Source of the DNA: Eledone cirrhosa
Lineage: Eukaryota
Direction: 5' to 3'
NCBI GenBank assembly: GCA_964016885.1
Contig: OZ024746.1
Span: 73,036,001 to 73,100,000, forward strand
Length of the DNA: 64,000 nucleotides
Shown: one piece after another, positions 30,612-44,567 of the stretch
Position numbering within the stretch: position 1 is the first letter of the stretch
Layout: each line of letters begins with the position of its first letter
The notes under the pieces: generated by a model
Seen by the model: the letters and a program-made list of their open reading frames with translations, nothing else
Databases searched by the model: none
Told to the model about the DNA's origin: nothing
Program-made: the position numbers and the translations under genes

Positions 30612-31009
30612 GATAAACAAGTAACAACATGGGTTGCTTGAATCAACAATAGTGTTCCACGAATGCAGCTATAGCAAATAATAATACATCAAGAACTGTT
30701 TAAGCAAGAAATAACTGCAATTACAGAAGTTCTTGCAAGAAAAAAAAAATCACTGTTTATTTCATTATATCAATCGTACATTATAAAATAGTGGGAAATC
30801 TGATTTTAACAAGAGATAAGGAGTTTTGAATAATTGAATGAAAACCTCGATGAAATATAAGAACGTATCAGCCTTTGTTTGGATAGTTTTCTTTTCATAT
30901 CCTCCTTCGATGTGTACTTACTTCGTGACACTTAAACATTTAATCAATTCTCAGGTAAAGAAATGTAGTCTTGCATATAATCAGGCACAAAGATAAGACT
31001 AACATAATT

Positions 31010-32131
31010 TTAATTATAGTACATACCTCGTTTTACAGATACCAATTTAAAATGATGTGTTCCTGGAAATGTAGCTAGTTGAACCTCTCTGTACACATTA
31101 CTCTGCAGCTGTCTTGATGGCGTGGAAACGTTCATCTCGTGTTGAGGGCAATAGATTTTTATACAAATTGCACAGAAAATATGCAAGAAATTCTTCCAAA
31201 ATATCGTGTTGAATATGCAGTAGAGGATAAAATTCACCGCTGAGTTAATAAGAAGTAATAGATCCGTTATCTCACGAATGCCACGAGTTAAATAATCTTC
31301 TTCGATATAGCCAAAACCAAGGATAGTTGACATGATGGCATCAGGCGATATGCAAACCATGAATACCAGTACAACACAGACCAGCATAATGGTAATTCGG
31401 TATCGTCTCATATTCTTGGACTTGCTTAGTCTACAACGTCTAATGCCACACATTATACAAGTATTTAATACAATTAAAGTCAAGAGCGGTATCACTGACC
31501 GAATAAGGTTTTGAAACCAAATGTAAGCTCTTGAGAAGACATCATTTTGCCAGAGTTTAGTGACTGACAGATCGAATAGTGTCTGGTTAGTTCTATTATC
31601 ATACACTTCAAAAGATTGATATCTCATTGCATATGGAATGGATAGCATACTCATGAAAAGGTAAACGCATATAGTTATAACGCGGGCGCGGTGAATAGTG
31701 CAGTAAGATTTCACATAGAGAGGTTTACATACGTACACGTATCGCTCCACCGCTACAGAGACGGTGATCCAAGCTGATATGCATAACGACGAGTTAAATA
31801 TGTAATGGGCATAAGGGTATAAACCTTGGTATAAAGACTCTCCAGCTTGTTTGTCTATTTCCATCAACAATATTACGACGAAATATAAGAAGTCATTTAT
31901 AAGCTTTATACTGTCTGAACAGGCCAAAGCTAGTAGGTAGATATTTGTCGAGGACTGCATCTGTTTCTGTGTCATCACAATGATACTCATTGTGTTTCCT
32001 ATAAGGCCGATTGAGCAGGCGATTGGGTAACATACGAGACCGGTGATGGAACGCGCTTCCAAGTAGAACTGTTCGTAAGCATTATAACCGTTTGTAGTGA
32101 TAACGTTTGTAATGTTTTCTGACGGAAACAT
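31010..32131 (-). CDS. Class A (rhodopsin-like) GPCR, FMRFamide/myosuppressin/sex-peptide-receptor-like neuropeptide receptor, 373 aa
   Basis: Seven hydrophobic segments; GLIGN (TM1), YLLALACSD (TM2), AVERY (TM3), FMVCISP (TM6), NSAVNFILY (TM7); N-terminal NIT sequon; intact frame with an in-frame stop upstream of the ATG. Confidence 0.95.
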   Translation of the reverse strand: MFPSENITNVITTNGYNAYEQFYLEARSITGLVCYPIACSIGLIGNTMSIIVMTQKQMQSSTNIYLLALACSDSIKLINDFLYFVVILLMEIDKQAGESLYQGLYPYAHYIFNSSLCISAWITVSVAVERYVYVCKPLYVKSYCTIHRARVITICVYLFMSMLSIPYAMRYQSFEVYDNRTNQTLFDLSVTKLWQNDVFSRAYIWFQNLIRSVIPLLTLIVLNTCIMCGIRRCRLSKSKNMRRYRITIMLVCVVLVFMVCISPDAIMSTILGFGYIEEDYLTRGIREITDLLLLINSAVNFILYCIFNTIFWKNFLHIFCAICIKIYCPQHEMNVSTPSRQLQSNVYREVQLATFPGTHHFKLVSVKRGMYYN

Positions 32132-32209
32132 TCTCGCCGTTAATTCTTCATTTCTAATGAAACTACAGTCGCACTTGTAGTAACCATTTCTTCATTTTGG
32201 CCATTCAGC

Positions 32210-32235
32210 CTAAATTAAAATACAAAAAGTAAAAC
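32210..32235 (-). promoter_or_regulatory. Probable 3' splice acceptor of a 5'-UTR intron of the GPCR
   Basis: Minus strand ttttactttttgtattttaatttAG|gctga, ending 78 nt before the ATG. Confidence 0.65.
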
Positions 32236-33171
32236 AGTTAAACATTTTCAAACAGAATATTTCGAATTGTTATTAATATATATATATATATATATACTGA
32301 GTTTCATATGATTACTTCGCATTTGATATTTAATGTTTACTCAATATTCTCTTATTAGTTATAAATGAATTTAAAACAAAACAAAACCAACCAATTAAAA
32401 ATGATTCTACGTCGTCATCCGATGTGTTAGCCAAATCTCATTAGATTCCTTAAAAAAGGAAGCACATATTGAATAATAGAACTCTAGAAATATGATGTCT
32501 GAAAGCATAAAATGGGATGGGCAAGTTTCGAACAGTTTGATAATAGAGCTACTGATCGAGATTAATAAAGAGATATACAATATGGTATAAAAAAAAGAAT
32601 GTCTAACGAAGGCACCAAGGTCACAAACTTTGAGGAAGGGATTAATGAACGTTTACTTTCTTTCGTTGCAAATATTTCATAAAACAATGTTCAAATTTAT
32701 TCGTTTCTAGTATTTGTGACTCCAATTTGTGACTCCAATGATTCAGGCACATTAATCATTTAAAAAAACCTTGTGGATCCTTTAATTCGGTGATTGATTC
32801 CCGGTTTTCGGTTGATGCATGAAGTGAAAGTGAAAGACTACCTTTTGTTAAGCCTACTTCTTGATAAGATATTAGATCTTATATATTAGTGAGTAATTTT
32901 CTTAGACTTTCTGTAGCTCATTCCCGTCTGTTAGGTAAACTAAGGCACAAAATATAACTTTTGGCTTAGAAAAAAAAAAATCAAGTGATATGATCGAGGA
33001 GAATAGGAAATCAACGATAATGAGCTCTTAGTTCAAAATGATATCTACTTGCCGATTTGACATCTAACATATATACACGTATACCCTCATATATACACAT
33101 ATACGCACATATATACACACATAAGTACATACGTACATATACATACATACATACATACATACATACATACA

Positions 33172-33203
<32 letters not shown>

Positions 33204-33210
33204 ATACATA

Positions 33211-33730
33211 CATCATCATGGCTTGGCTTCACGAACGAAGATTATGAAGGGAATGGTCTACGTTGACTGCAGGAACGCTCGTGGTTGTTCAGGCCAATGT
33301 GGGGCAGGAGGCACGGCTGCAGCTGAAAGTCGGGTCAAAGTTTAAGGACTTGGTGTTTTGGTTCTCTCTCCTGTGTCCTTTGTCCTCGAGGGTGGCCATG
33401 TGGGTATTTTTGAAGGAGGAGATAGCATCGTTGATGGTGAGACGCCAGGTGTCACGGTTCTCAGCTAGAGTGGACCAGTGGCGATGGTCGATGTTAGAGG
33501 CACCAAGGGATTTTTTCAAACAGTCTTTGTATCACTTCCTTGGTGCGCCCTGTCGCGATGACCTGTAGAATGTTCACCGTACAGCGTGATCCTGTGCAGG
33601 CGATGATCCTTCATCCTAGTATCATGCAATGCCAGGGTAGTTGGGACTTTAGCAGCATAGCCTCGATGCTGGTGAACTCCGCCCGTTCACGGACTTCAAT
33701 ACTGGTGACAAAGTCACCCTAATGGATGTT
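33211..33730 (-). mobile_element. RTE-clade LINE 3' fragment
   Basis: LKKSLGASNIDHRHWSTLAENRDTWRLTI typical of the RTE C-terminus; short (GAT)n tail. Confidence 0.75.
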
Positions 33731-35062
33731 GGGGCTGATAATGTATACACCCTCACACTTGCAAACAGACATATATAATTACTCAGATGAGGCTGTCTAA
33801 ATTCCAATGAAATAGTTTGGTTTCCGTGTTAGAAATCAGCTCTCCCTCTATTAGTGAGAAATTATAACCTACCCTTATAATAACACACAGACGCACGTAC
33901 ATACATAGACAGATACATAAACCTACCTACCTACCTACCTACCTACCTACCTACCTACCTACCTACCTACCTACCTACCTACCTACCTACCTACATACAT
34001 TCCAGAAGTATGTAATAGCTGCATATACACTCGTATAGATATAGAAATATATGTATATGTGCTCATATAACATAAAGCGTACCGATCCACACATGCTATG
34101 GCATCCATACCCGCACATATACATACAATTTGTGCAAACATACATACAAGCATAATCACCCAGCTGGTGCTTAAATTCCAACGAAAGAATATTGTTGTAT
34201 CTGTGATAGAAATAAACCATGTCTCAATTGGCGAAAGTTTAATAAAATAAATAGACAAAAGAACATACATACATACCAAAAAATGTACATATATACATAC
34301 AAAAGATTTTGGATCTAATAACTGCATATACACATGTACAGATACAAAACGTATGCACATGCACACATACAACTCAAAACATCCACATCCACGCATACAA
34401 TGACATCCCTACCTGCACACACATGCATACATATCTACCTAGTTGATGTTGTGTAAATTCCAATGAGAGAGTCTTGTATCTATGTTAGAAACCGACTCTC
34501 TCTATTGGCAAACATTTGTGAAATTATAAAACCAGAGGAACATATATATATACATACAATTATACATACATACATACATACATACAGCTACATACACCTA
34601 CATATATACATACGTTAGTTATTCGAAATATTTAGACAATTGAAATTAAATTAAAGAAGAGCGGCCCTTGAAACTGTACTGCAGTGCAAATAGATAATTT
34701 TAGAGATTTTTCATAAGATTCAATATAGAAAAATAATAAAACGATCGAAACAAACTTCAAAGATATCTGGCTATTGGCAAAATTCATCGAGCAAATAACG
34801 GGTTATTAAAGATTCGGCTTTATAGGAGGAAACATTTTTGATGTTTTCATCTTTAAGATAATCGCATTTATTGTTATTTAAGCTGCAAAATACACTACAC
34901 TAGCAGTTCTGTATTCATATACACAACACTGGCACTTCGTCAAAATGTCCATTTCAATTGATCAAGATTTCATTATACATATTCACTTTTTACGTAAATT
35001 CTTCTTCATTCCACATTTACCTCTCGTAATACGTAGAAACACACACACACTCACACGCAAAT

Positions 35063-35095
<33 letters not shown>

Positions 35096-35126
35096 TATAT
35101 ACACACACACATATATATATATATTT

Positions 35127-35270
35127 CCGTTAAGGGTGAAAGCAGCGATTCTTTGCTTAAACTTTAATCTGTTATTCTAATAAATATTTGCTCTACGGTT
35201 CTTATATATTTGATATATATTTATCCTTATCGAGCCCTCTTTGGATTTTAGTCTTCAAATTTATTATTAT

Positions 35271-35274
<4 letters not shown>
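35127..35274 (+). mobile_element. Family F remnant (hammerhead 3' half plus tail), homolog of 57251-57474
   Basis: ccgttaagggtgaaagcagcgattctttgcttaaac...; TA flanks. Confidence 0.75.
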
Positions 35275-35321
<47 letters not shown>

Positions 35322-35386
35322 CATATATATATATAAATATATGTATATGTATGTGAATGTATGTACTAACATCATACTCACATACA

Positions 35387-35515
<129 letters not shown>

Positions 35516-35813
35516 AAAAAGGAGAGTGATAAAGCGAGTGAAACACATGAACATACATATATACGAATATACGAACGACGTTTCTACATCCATCCATCAT
35601 TAGTGCAAGATATTTATTGAAAATGAAAATCAAATAATAAAACAATGGCTAATACTAATTCTTTCGAATATAAATTGAAAAGAAAACCTTATTTTCAAAC
35701 AACAGCTGGTTGCGATCAAGATTGACTGTTTTCTCTCAAGTCCAAATATTAACAAAAATATAATATAAATACATGTATTATAAAGATATGTATTTACACA
35801 AACACATACATAC

Positions 35814-35845
<32 letters not shown>

Positions 35846-36031
35846 ATAAATAAATGATAGGCTTGTTTTTGTTTTACAAAAAGTGGGGCTTACAGAAAGA
35901 ATAATGTTTATACACTTTGTTTTGTATTGAACGGTTTCACATATGAGTAACTTTTAGAAGTTTCCTTTTCAATGCCATATTGAAGAAAATACAGAAGACG
36001 AATGGTGGGGCACTGCACCAGCACTTGGATG

Positions 36032-36116
<85 letters not shown>

Positions 36117-36307
36117 TACACATATATATATAATTATGTATACATGAATATATACAGAGTGGGCCAGAATTCATGACTCACTTGATTATTTATAGTTCTA
36201 GTCCTGTAGAAGCCATTTTATATTAAGTATTTATACTCTGTTATGTATTGAGTACCTCACTTCCTGTGGTTAGCCCCAATTGAACCCGGGATACACATAT
36301 CTATCCC

Positions 36308-36366
<59 letters not shown>

Positions 36367-36570
36367 CGCTGAAGATAGACGTGTTTTTGTTTCGCTCCTG
36401 CATTTTGTCGGAATTTATTACGAGAAGCGGTAGGTTTGTTTAAGCTACTTGTTATTTGTTGTGTTTAACCCCTCGCCTGGGATTGCAGATGTTGGGTGAA
36501 ATAAATTTCGCCCCTTTTGGGGGCAAAATTTGATAGTTATAAGTTATCGATAAAAAGTCGTTTAGTGACA

Positions 36571-37428
36571 ATGGATGCCATTAACACGACGCATGCCACG
36601 CCCCCCAAGGAAAGTGATAGAGAGAAGGTAGCAGCACAACGCTGTAAGCCTTCCCGCCTCACTCCCGCAAAAGACACCACGGAATCAAGAGAAAAAATTG
36701 TTGAAATGGGTGAAAACCCCAAAAGTAAAAATTACACAAACAAAAACAACAATGACAATAACAACACAACCAACAACACCAATAATGACAATAACAACAC
36801 AACCAACAACAGCAATAATGACAACACCAACAAAGGAAAAAAGCAAGCCAACACGAATAACAATAACAACAACAATGATAACAACACGAAAGAAAACGGG
36901 CCCACAGCTGCAGTCTCCTTCGCACAGGCGGTTCAAGAAACGCAGACATACAATGTCTCGAATGCCAAGAAATTGCTGAAAGAAGCAAGGAATTGTGTAA
37001 GTTTCGGGGAAGGTTGGGAATTCACAATTACCTCCCCCGAAGAAATTAGAAGGGACACAATCCTCAGAACTGTAATTTTTAGGACAGTTTCGAACGCCAC
37101 TAGGAAACCGGCTCAATTGTCCCAAAGCGAAATTGGGATAGCAAGAAAATGGATAGCAAGAATACCGCAGCGTGTGTCCCTGGATGAAGTCGCCTTCATA
37201 AACATTTCTGTTGAGGGCAGGCGGCCTTCATGCTACCACTGTTCAAGAAGTGGTCACCTGAGGGCTTCCTGTCCCCTTTCAAATGCCCCCCCCCCAAAAA
37301 AAAACGATGCTTCTGCCCACCCCACACACAACAACACAACCACCACCACCACCACCACAACAACAACCACAACAACACGAAAAAATAACAACACAAGACA
37401 CTGTCCCACCCAACCCCTCCCCACATAA
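36571..37428 (+). pseudogene. LINE ORF1 (gag-like) remnant with CCHC zinc knuckle
   Basis: SFAQAV motif; VEGRRPSCYHCSRSGHLRASCP. Confidence 0.8.
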
Positions 37429-38123
37429 AACAAATACAAAAGCAACCACAACAAAACCCCAAAATATAACCATCCCCAACAACACGGACGAGGACCCCTT
37501 ATCAACGTCACCCAGTGACGACGAGGGAGAACCCATTCAACCGGTAAAAAGAAAGAAAAGAATGCACCACATCAACAAAAATACATCAAACACATAGCCA
37601 CCAGCACAAACAGAACAAACATCACAAACAAAAAAACCCACCCCTTCCGAAAACATAACACATACTACAAAACGCAAACACACACAAGAACAACAAACAA
37701 AAACAAACATAACACAACAAAAACAGTATACATACATCAACACAAACAACAAAACACTTGTGCAAACAATAGACAAAGACCCTGTTCACCAACGTGGCGA
37801 CTAAACCGCATTTAAAAATGGTTAGGGTCCCAAGGGACACCTACGCAATGCTCAAACAGAACTTTCCCGAGGACGTGGGGAACCCCTGTACTAGACCTAG
37901 CAACCGCGTCTTCTTGAAATGTTTCCACACCATCACCCCAGACACCCCTCCCCCATCAAACACCCCACCCCACCACACACTAATGTCCCCACCACATCTC
38001 AAACCACCACCCCACCAAACAACTCCGCCGACACCCCCATGGAAATTGTGCAGCCTGGTCCCCAGGAGAAGGACTGGTAGGTGTCTTTTTCTTTTTCTCC
38101 ACTCTAAACTCTTCACCACCAAC

Positions 38124-41100
38124 ATGGCTGTTATAAGAGTTGGATGTTTAAATGTGCGCGGCCTGGGGATGTCCTGGAATCAGGGCAAACTCTTAAATGG
38201 CCTCAGGTCGCACAGAATGGATGTGATAGCTATTTGCGAGTCCAGGATCAGCAGCGACCACCAACTGGCCCCCATCTTCGACGACTTTGAGATCTATGCA
38301 TCTCTCTGTCAGCCGAGGGTGAGTGGGGCGGGGTGGTCGTTCTGCTGCGAAACCACCTGGGCCTCACAACACGGAAGGTACACCTGGACCGGGAGGGCCA
38401 ACTGGTGGTTCTAGACGTCGGCAGTAATGAAGGCGGAGCCTTCAGGCTGGTGGCAGCGTATGCACCATCTCGGACACCGCGACCGGACTTCTTCCAGCGC
38501 CTAGAGACTTTTCTGGGAACGTCTCGCTCCTTGCTTTTAGTGGGGGACTGGAATGGTATCCTGGATTCACGTTGGGACTATGTAGGGGCATGTCCCGATA
38601 GAGGGGGGTGTAACAGCATCAAACGGTTAATCGGCCGATTTGATCTGGCCGATAGATATCGACTAGATTTTCCGACTGTGCCACTGTGGACGTGGACTAT
38701 CAAGCGGAACATCTAGGTCGTACCTAGATAGTAGGTTCCTAGTTAGAAATAAGGATAGGGACATATTAAGCTGTCCACGAATGTTCATGGTTGACTATTC
38801 GGATCACAAGTTGGTGACCGGAGTGGTCAACCTTGATAGAACCCATAGACAAGGACCCGGTTACTGGAAGCTAAACTTGTCCTTACGGACAAACAAAGCT
38901 TACAGTAAGTGGATTAGCACTATAGTTAAGCAGCGGTTGACGGGGGCAATTGTCAACAGCAGGTGGTGGGGCTCTCTCAAGAGAGAAATTAGAATAGAAT
39001 CGATATGTTTCAGTCAGGAATTAGCATCAGATAGGAATAGAACTGAAAGGGAATTGATATATAAAGTAGTAGAGGCGATTAGGAGTGGCAATGTGGCCGG
39101 CGTGCTGGCGTCAAGAACGGCCCTAGACCAGTTCTTTGACGCGAAGCACGAGGGCTGCGTTGTCAGGAGTAAAATACGTGCTCTGGGTAACGAGGGAGCC
39201 AAACTGTTAGCTGGGCCCGAGTGACAGAGGCAAAAAGTGGAAACAAGTCCATGATTCGGTCTTTGAAGGACCAGGATGGACGCGTGATCCTTGAACCTGA
39301 GCGGATGTGCGCGGCCTTTCAACGGCGCTTTGCACGACTGTTCGGGAGAGGCGGCGGGCCGGGTGAGGCCATGGATTTCGGTCCATACCTCGATGGTCTG
39401 CCGCGGCTCTCGGACGGGGGGCGAAGTCCTGCGAAAGGTCGATTTCAGCCGCTGAGATGGGGGAAGCGCTGAGCCAATGCGGCAAACGCAAATCTCCCGG
39501 TCTCGATGGTCTACCATACGAACTTTATGTAGCGATTCCGGACTTGTTCTCCAATCTCCTCGAGGCGATCTACTGCAACTGGCAACAGAACGGGAGAATT
39601 CCCAGTTCTGTGACCAAGGGCGTAGTCACGCTGGTGAGGAAGGACGAGAACTAGGGTGATGACATAGATGACTTCAGGCCCATAACTCTGCTAAACACAG
39701 AGTAAAAGATTTTGGCCAAGGTGTTAGCGAAGAGGTTGGCGCTTGTCGTCGGGAACCTGGTGGGAGAAGCGCAGACATGCGCAATCCCGTCCAGGTTCAT
39801 ACACGACAACCTCCACCTCTGTGATACATCGTAGAGAGGGTAGGGAACGAACCCGGCTTTAGTGGGGCCCTGATCAACTTGGATCAATCTAAGGCGTTCG
39901 ATAGGGTCGACCATCGGTACCTGGATGCGGTGCTCGCGGCGGCAGGCTTCGGACCCGTTTTCAGGGGCTGGATTGCTGCAATGCACAGCAGCAACACCTG
40001 CTCTAGGGTCAAGGTGAACGGCTACCTCTCGGAGCCGTTCCAAATCACGCGATCCTTCCGACAGGGATGCCCTCTCTCCCCCCTTCTGTATGTGCTGGCT
40101 CTCGAGCCACTACTGCGGAAGTTGGAGCTGTTGCAGGTCATCCCTTTGGAACCGGGATTGCGGAAAGCGGTGTCGGCCTATGCCGATGACGTGACAATAA
40201 TGGTGTCGTGCGCCTCGGAAATCTGGCAGATCGGCACCTTACTGGAGGAATACGAAATGTTTACAGGAGCCAAGCTGAACCGGGACAAGTCCGTCGGTTT
40301 GCAACTCGGAACGTGGAGAGGCAGACCGATGCCCTCCGACGGCGTCGTCGGCCGCTGGACGGAGGGACCGGTGAAGCTGCTCGGACCGGACCTCTAGGTG
40401 GAGAAAAACTGGGACGAGGTAACGGGCAGGGTGTTTGCACTTGCCCAGAAGTGGGCCGAGTTCAAACTATCCTTGAAAGGTCAAGCGGAGTTGGCGAACA
40501 CTTATATAGCGTCCGTCATCTACTACCGCTTGACCGTCGTGTCTTGCCCAGCGAAAACGCTCGCCAAAATGGAGCGCGCGCTCTTCCGATTCCTTTGGAA
40601 GAAGCGGGGCCCTTTGGTGAGAAGATCCATCTGCTGTTAACTCCCTTCGAACGGAGGGCTGGGGATGCCGTGGCTGACGATGCGTAGACACGCATTAAGA
40701 CTACGGCACCTCCATGTATTCCAAAAGTCCCTGGCTTGGCAGTGCTACCGAGGAGCTCTACCCGTTCGGGACAAGCTCTACAAACACGAGCGCCCGGGTA
40801 GGGACCCCTCGAAGAAGATCTGTCCGAGATGCGTGCGTGACGAGGAAACCGTCGCGCACGCATTCGTACACTGTCCGGGCGTTGCTGACCTGTGGGACTA
40901 TGTGGAACGACTACTGTCGCGGGTGGGACCAATCCGGTTGACCACCGAGTACATTGTCACGATCAAACCGCTCCCCCTTCAAAAACGAAGGAGAGGCGGT
41001 TTTCCGTGTGATAGCTATGGCGAAAGAGGTTGTATGGTGGACGAGGTTGAAAGGGCTGAGGTCAGACACTTTTCTCTCCGGCCAACAACTGGTCCTTTTT

Positions 41101-41222
41101 TTCAAGTACCATTTTAGAAGAAGGATCAGAATGGAGTGAGAAGTGCTCTACCCCAGCAAGTTTTATGAAAGTGGCAAGAATGGCCCGAGTGAATGGGCCT
41201 TCTCTCTATATCAGCCTGTAGG
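38124..41222 (+). pseudogene. LINE ORF2 (AP endonuclease + reverse transcriptase + zinc finger), frameshifted, with an internal deletion near 40715
   Basis: CLNVRGL, YAP, GDWN, DYSDH, GPGYWKLN, KSPGLDGL, FRPITLLN, DQSKAFDRVDH, RQGCPLSPLLY, YADD (40179-40190), CPRC..ET..HAF..C. Confidence 0.92.
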
Positions 41223-41592
41223 TGAGAGAGGAGAAGAAAGAGTAGAGGAAGGGAGCACCCGCTCTTTGTGCTCCTGAGGAGGAGGGTTGCACATTTTTTT
41301 CAGGGGTGTGTGCGACCCACGTCAACGCCCCCTCCCTATTGAGGACTTCGATTGTCGAATTTTATTTATTATATGTTTTTACACGTCCTTTGAAATGTAT
41401 GTATTTGTCCCAATCTTTGATACCCTGGTGGCAAATAAATATAAAGTATCTATCTATCTACCTATATATATATATATATGATTTTTAATGCGATGAAATA
41501 CCCATGATCGTTTGGTAAATCACTGATGAGGGACTCATTTTATAACATGTTATCCATGTGCAACCAGCAGTATTCTTCTCACCCATATTTTT

Positions 41593-41675
<83 letters not shown>

Positions 41676-41678
<3 letters not shown>

Positions 41679-42390
41679 TAAAAGGATGCTTAACACGGAT
41701 AAGCGATATAATAGGGTTTCATTCCAATCATTAACATTTGTTTCATCGCCTAATAAGCAATTAATTCATGCCTAGAAACCACATGATAGGTTATTGTGAA
41801 ATTCGATTTTAAATACACAAAACAATGCAGTCACTACTGATCATGGATTTAGTCTCACAGCGGTTTTATATCAAATAACAAATACATCAAAATGAAAGAT
41901 AAAAGAAACTGAGAGAAAATTACATACTTGAGGGGTGGGGGATATAGGAGTACTATAAAAGAGTGGAATAATATTTAGGTAAAAACAAAGAAGGACAGAG
42001 AAGCCTAAGAAATAGATAATAAATAAATAAATAATGAAAAATACGGAGCATGTTTGCAGGTTTTAGATGGGTGTGGCTAGAAGCGGTCAGTTTCACTTAC
42101 AGCTGATTGGTCAAGTGTTCTAGTTCATTTCGGCCAGTCCTGGCGTAGTATGTTCGTCCTTGAAACATGTGTTAATGCTTGGAATAAAACCCTATCCGTG
42201 TTAAGCATCCTTTTACCTGTTATTACCACTACAAGAACTACTAATCACGGAAGTTTCAGGAATCTACCCTCCGAAAAGCCTAAGTAGTCATCTTGTTGAG
42301 TCAACTAGCACCGTACACTGAAATATTCCTCGGTACAGATTACTCGTAACCTGAGCTTAGGTAACCTTAAACGATATCTCGTTTACTTTG

Positions 42391-42392
<2 letters not shown>
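41676..42392. mobile_element. Element with ~70-bp imperfect inverted arms and a one-sided tail, in (TA)n
   Basis: aggtaaaaggatgcttaacacggata vs tatccgtgttaagcatccttttacct (ends ~42218), then ~170 nt to the TA tract. Confidence 0.6.
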
Positions 42393-42447
<55 letters not shown>

Positions 42448-42448
42448 T

Positions 42449-43122
42449 AAATATAGATTTAGCGAGAATCGCATTTCGGCGGGTAGAAAATGCGAAACGA
42501 AACGCAAAAATCAGAAACAATGCTGGCAACCGTTCCATAGTTAAAAAAAAACAGAGCTAAACAATATTTTAAGACGCCAAACAAAACTGAAATAGTGGTC
42601 AAGAAAGCATCAACCACCTAAGCCAAAAAGATAATGAAGCTAAACAGGTCAAAACAAAATAAATGATAAAAAACACACACCTGGACCCATTGGAATTGAT
42701 GTTAAAATCCAAATGCAGGGTTTCTATGACACCTAAATCAAAATACTGTCTGCTTAAAATTATAAGCTTTAAGTATAATGATCCAACAAGGAATATCACG
42801 TTATCAACAGGTATTTTGCTCTCTACCAAATTTGTGAATGACACAGAGCCGCGTAAAAGCACATGTGGAATTCACAAGGGGAAAAACCCAAGATTTTGGC
42901 AAATGAATTCAGTATGTGTATACCATGCAAAAAATTGCATAAATAGCACAAATCGAATAAGCTCTCGACCGGGAGGTTTTTAAAATAAACTTATACAATT
43001 AATCTGTCAATAAAAATTATTAACAAGTTAATTGTAAGACTCGGGAGATTAATACAAATATAGATTTAGCGAGAATCGCATTTCGGTGGGTAGAAAAGGC
43101 GATACGAAACGCAAAAATCAGA
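42449..43122. repeat. ~65-bp direct repeats (42449-42514, ~43057-43122), possibly pLTR-like
   Basis: atatagatttagcgagaatcgcatttcgg.gggtagaaaa.gcga.acgaaacgcaaaaatcaga occurs twice. Confidence 0.65.
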
Positions 43123-43359
43123 TAAGAATATAAAGCAGCGGTCAACAGAGAGATAACCGACAAGGTGTATGACAGGCAGATAAAATATAGAAATGACTGA
43201 AAGAGGAGGAGGAGGACTATGGCTGAAAAATTCAACTTCTATCATAAAAAAAAACAAAAAAACATCTTTATTCCCTTACACATGTTTCAATTATTTGAAA
43301 TGTTATGAAACATTTCAAATAATTGGATTCAAATGTATATATATGCGTGTGTGTGTGGT

Positions 43360-43486
<127 letters not shown>

Positions 43487-44394
43487 GTAAATTATTAGTG
43501 TTTGTGATGGTAGGATGTATGCATGTTTGTGTGTGTGTGTGCACGCGCGTGTGAATATGAGAGAGAGATATAACTAAAAGTGGAATCACCTTTGATAACT
43601 CCAGTCGCGCTGGACGTGCAGCTAAATTATATTATATACGCAGCATAGCTCAATAATATATGAGCCAGACTAAGGTAAGCTCTAAGGTCAATATAACCGA
43701 CTAAATAAACCTTGAAGGTGGTACGCCAGCATTCTTCAATGATATTCATAGGTATGCACGCATGTGTATACAGCTGCATATATGTGTGCGCGTCTGTGTG
43801 TTGATACATATATCTGTGTAAACATAAAAATACATATATTGGGTCGTCAAATATGAAATTTGTAGAAATATGTTTTTTTTTCTACAAATTTCTACAAATT
43901 TCTACAAATTTCTACAAATTTCATACTTGACGACACAATAGTTGAAAGTTTATACAAAGTATTAGGCTAGATTAACCATTAACCAAAATAATCACATGCT
44001 TAGAGGATAAAGGGAAGTAGGGCACCATTTTATTCTAATTAATTGTATTTGCTATTGAAAAAGGTTATTTTGCGGATTTTATATAAAGAGTGCATCATAA
44101 TAATTTAGGTGTTTAGGATCTCAGAAGGACTTAATGAGACCTTGCTGGGAATTGGGAGAATGAATATAAAATAATTAATCAGGTTGTCTTAGATTCATTG
44201 TTAAGTATTCATTGTTAGGAATCGATAAATCCGCATTTCGTATATTGCATTATTTCATTTAGATGTAAGAGAATAAACAGGTGATTTTAATGTCCTATAA
44301 ACCCCACAATACAGTAACATATTTACATAAAGGACGTTTACCAGATACATATATAGATTCGCTCAGACATATATATATATATATATTGATATAT

Positions 44395-44446
<52 letters not shown>

Positions 44447-44500
44447 TGATATATACATACACACATACATATATATACACACACATATACACACACACAT

Positions 44501-44567
<67 letters not shown>

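Larger units (their letters stand above)
36367..41446 (+). mobile_element. Near full-length decayed Tx1/L1-clade LINE inserted in (TATC)n
   Basis: ORF1 and ORF2 remnants, AATAAA at 41434; (TATC)n directly before 36367 and after 41446. Confidence 0.92.

Noticed and set aside
30756-30761. AATAAA (minus) as the GPCR poly(A) signal
   Set aside because: Plausible, but the hexamer is too common in this AT-rich DNA to call without transcripts.
43891-43930. CRISPR-like repeat
   Set aside because: 10-bp tandem units without spacers, eukaryotic context and no cas genes.
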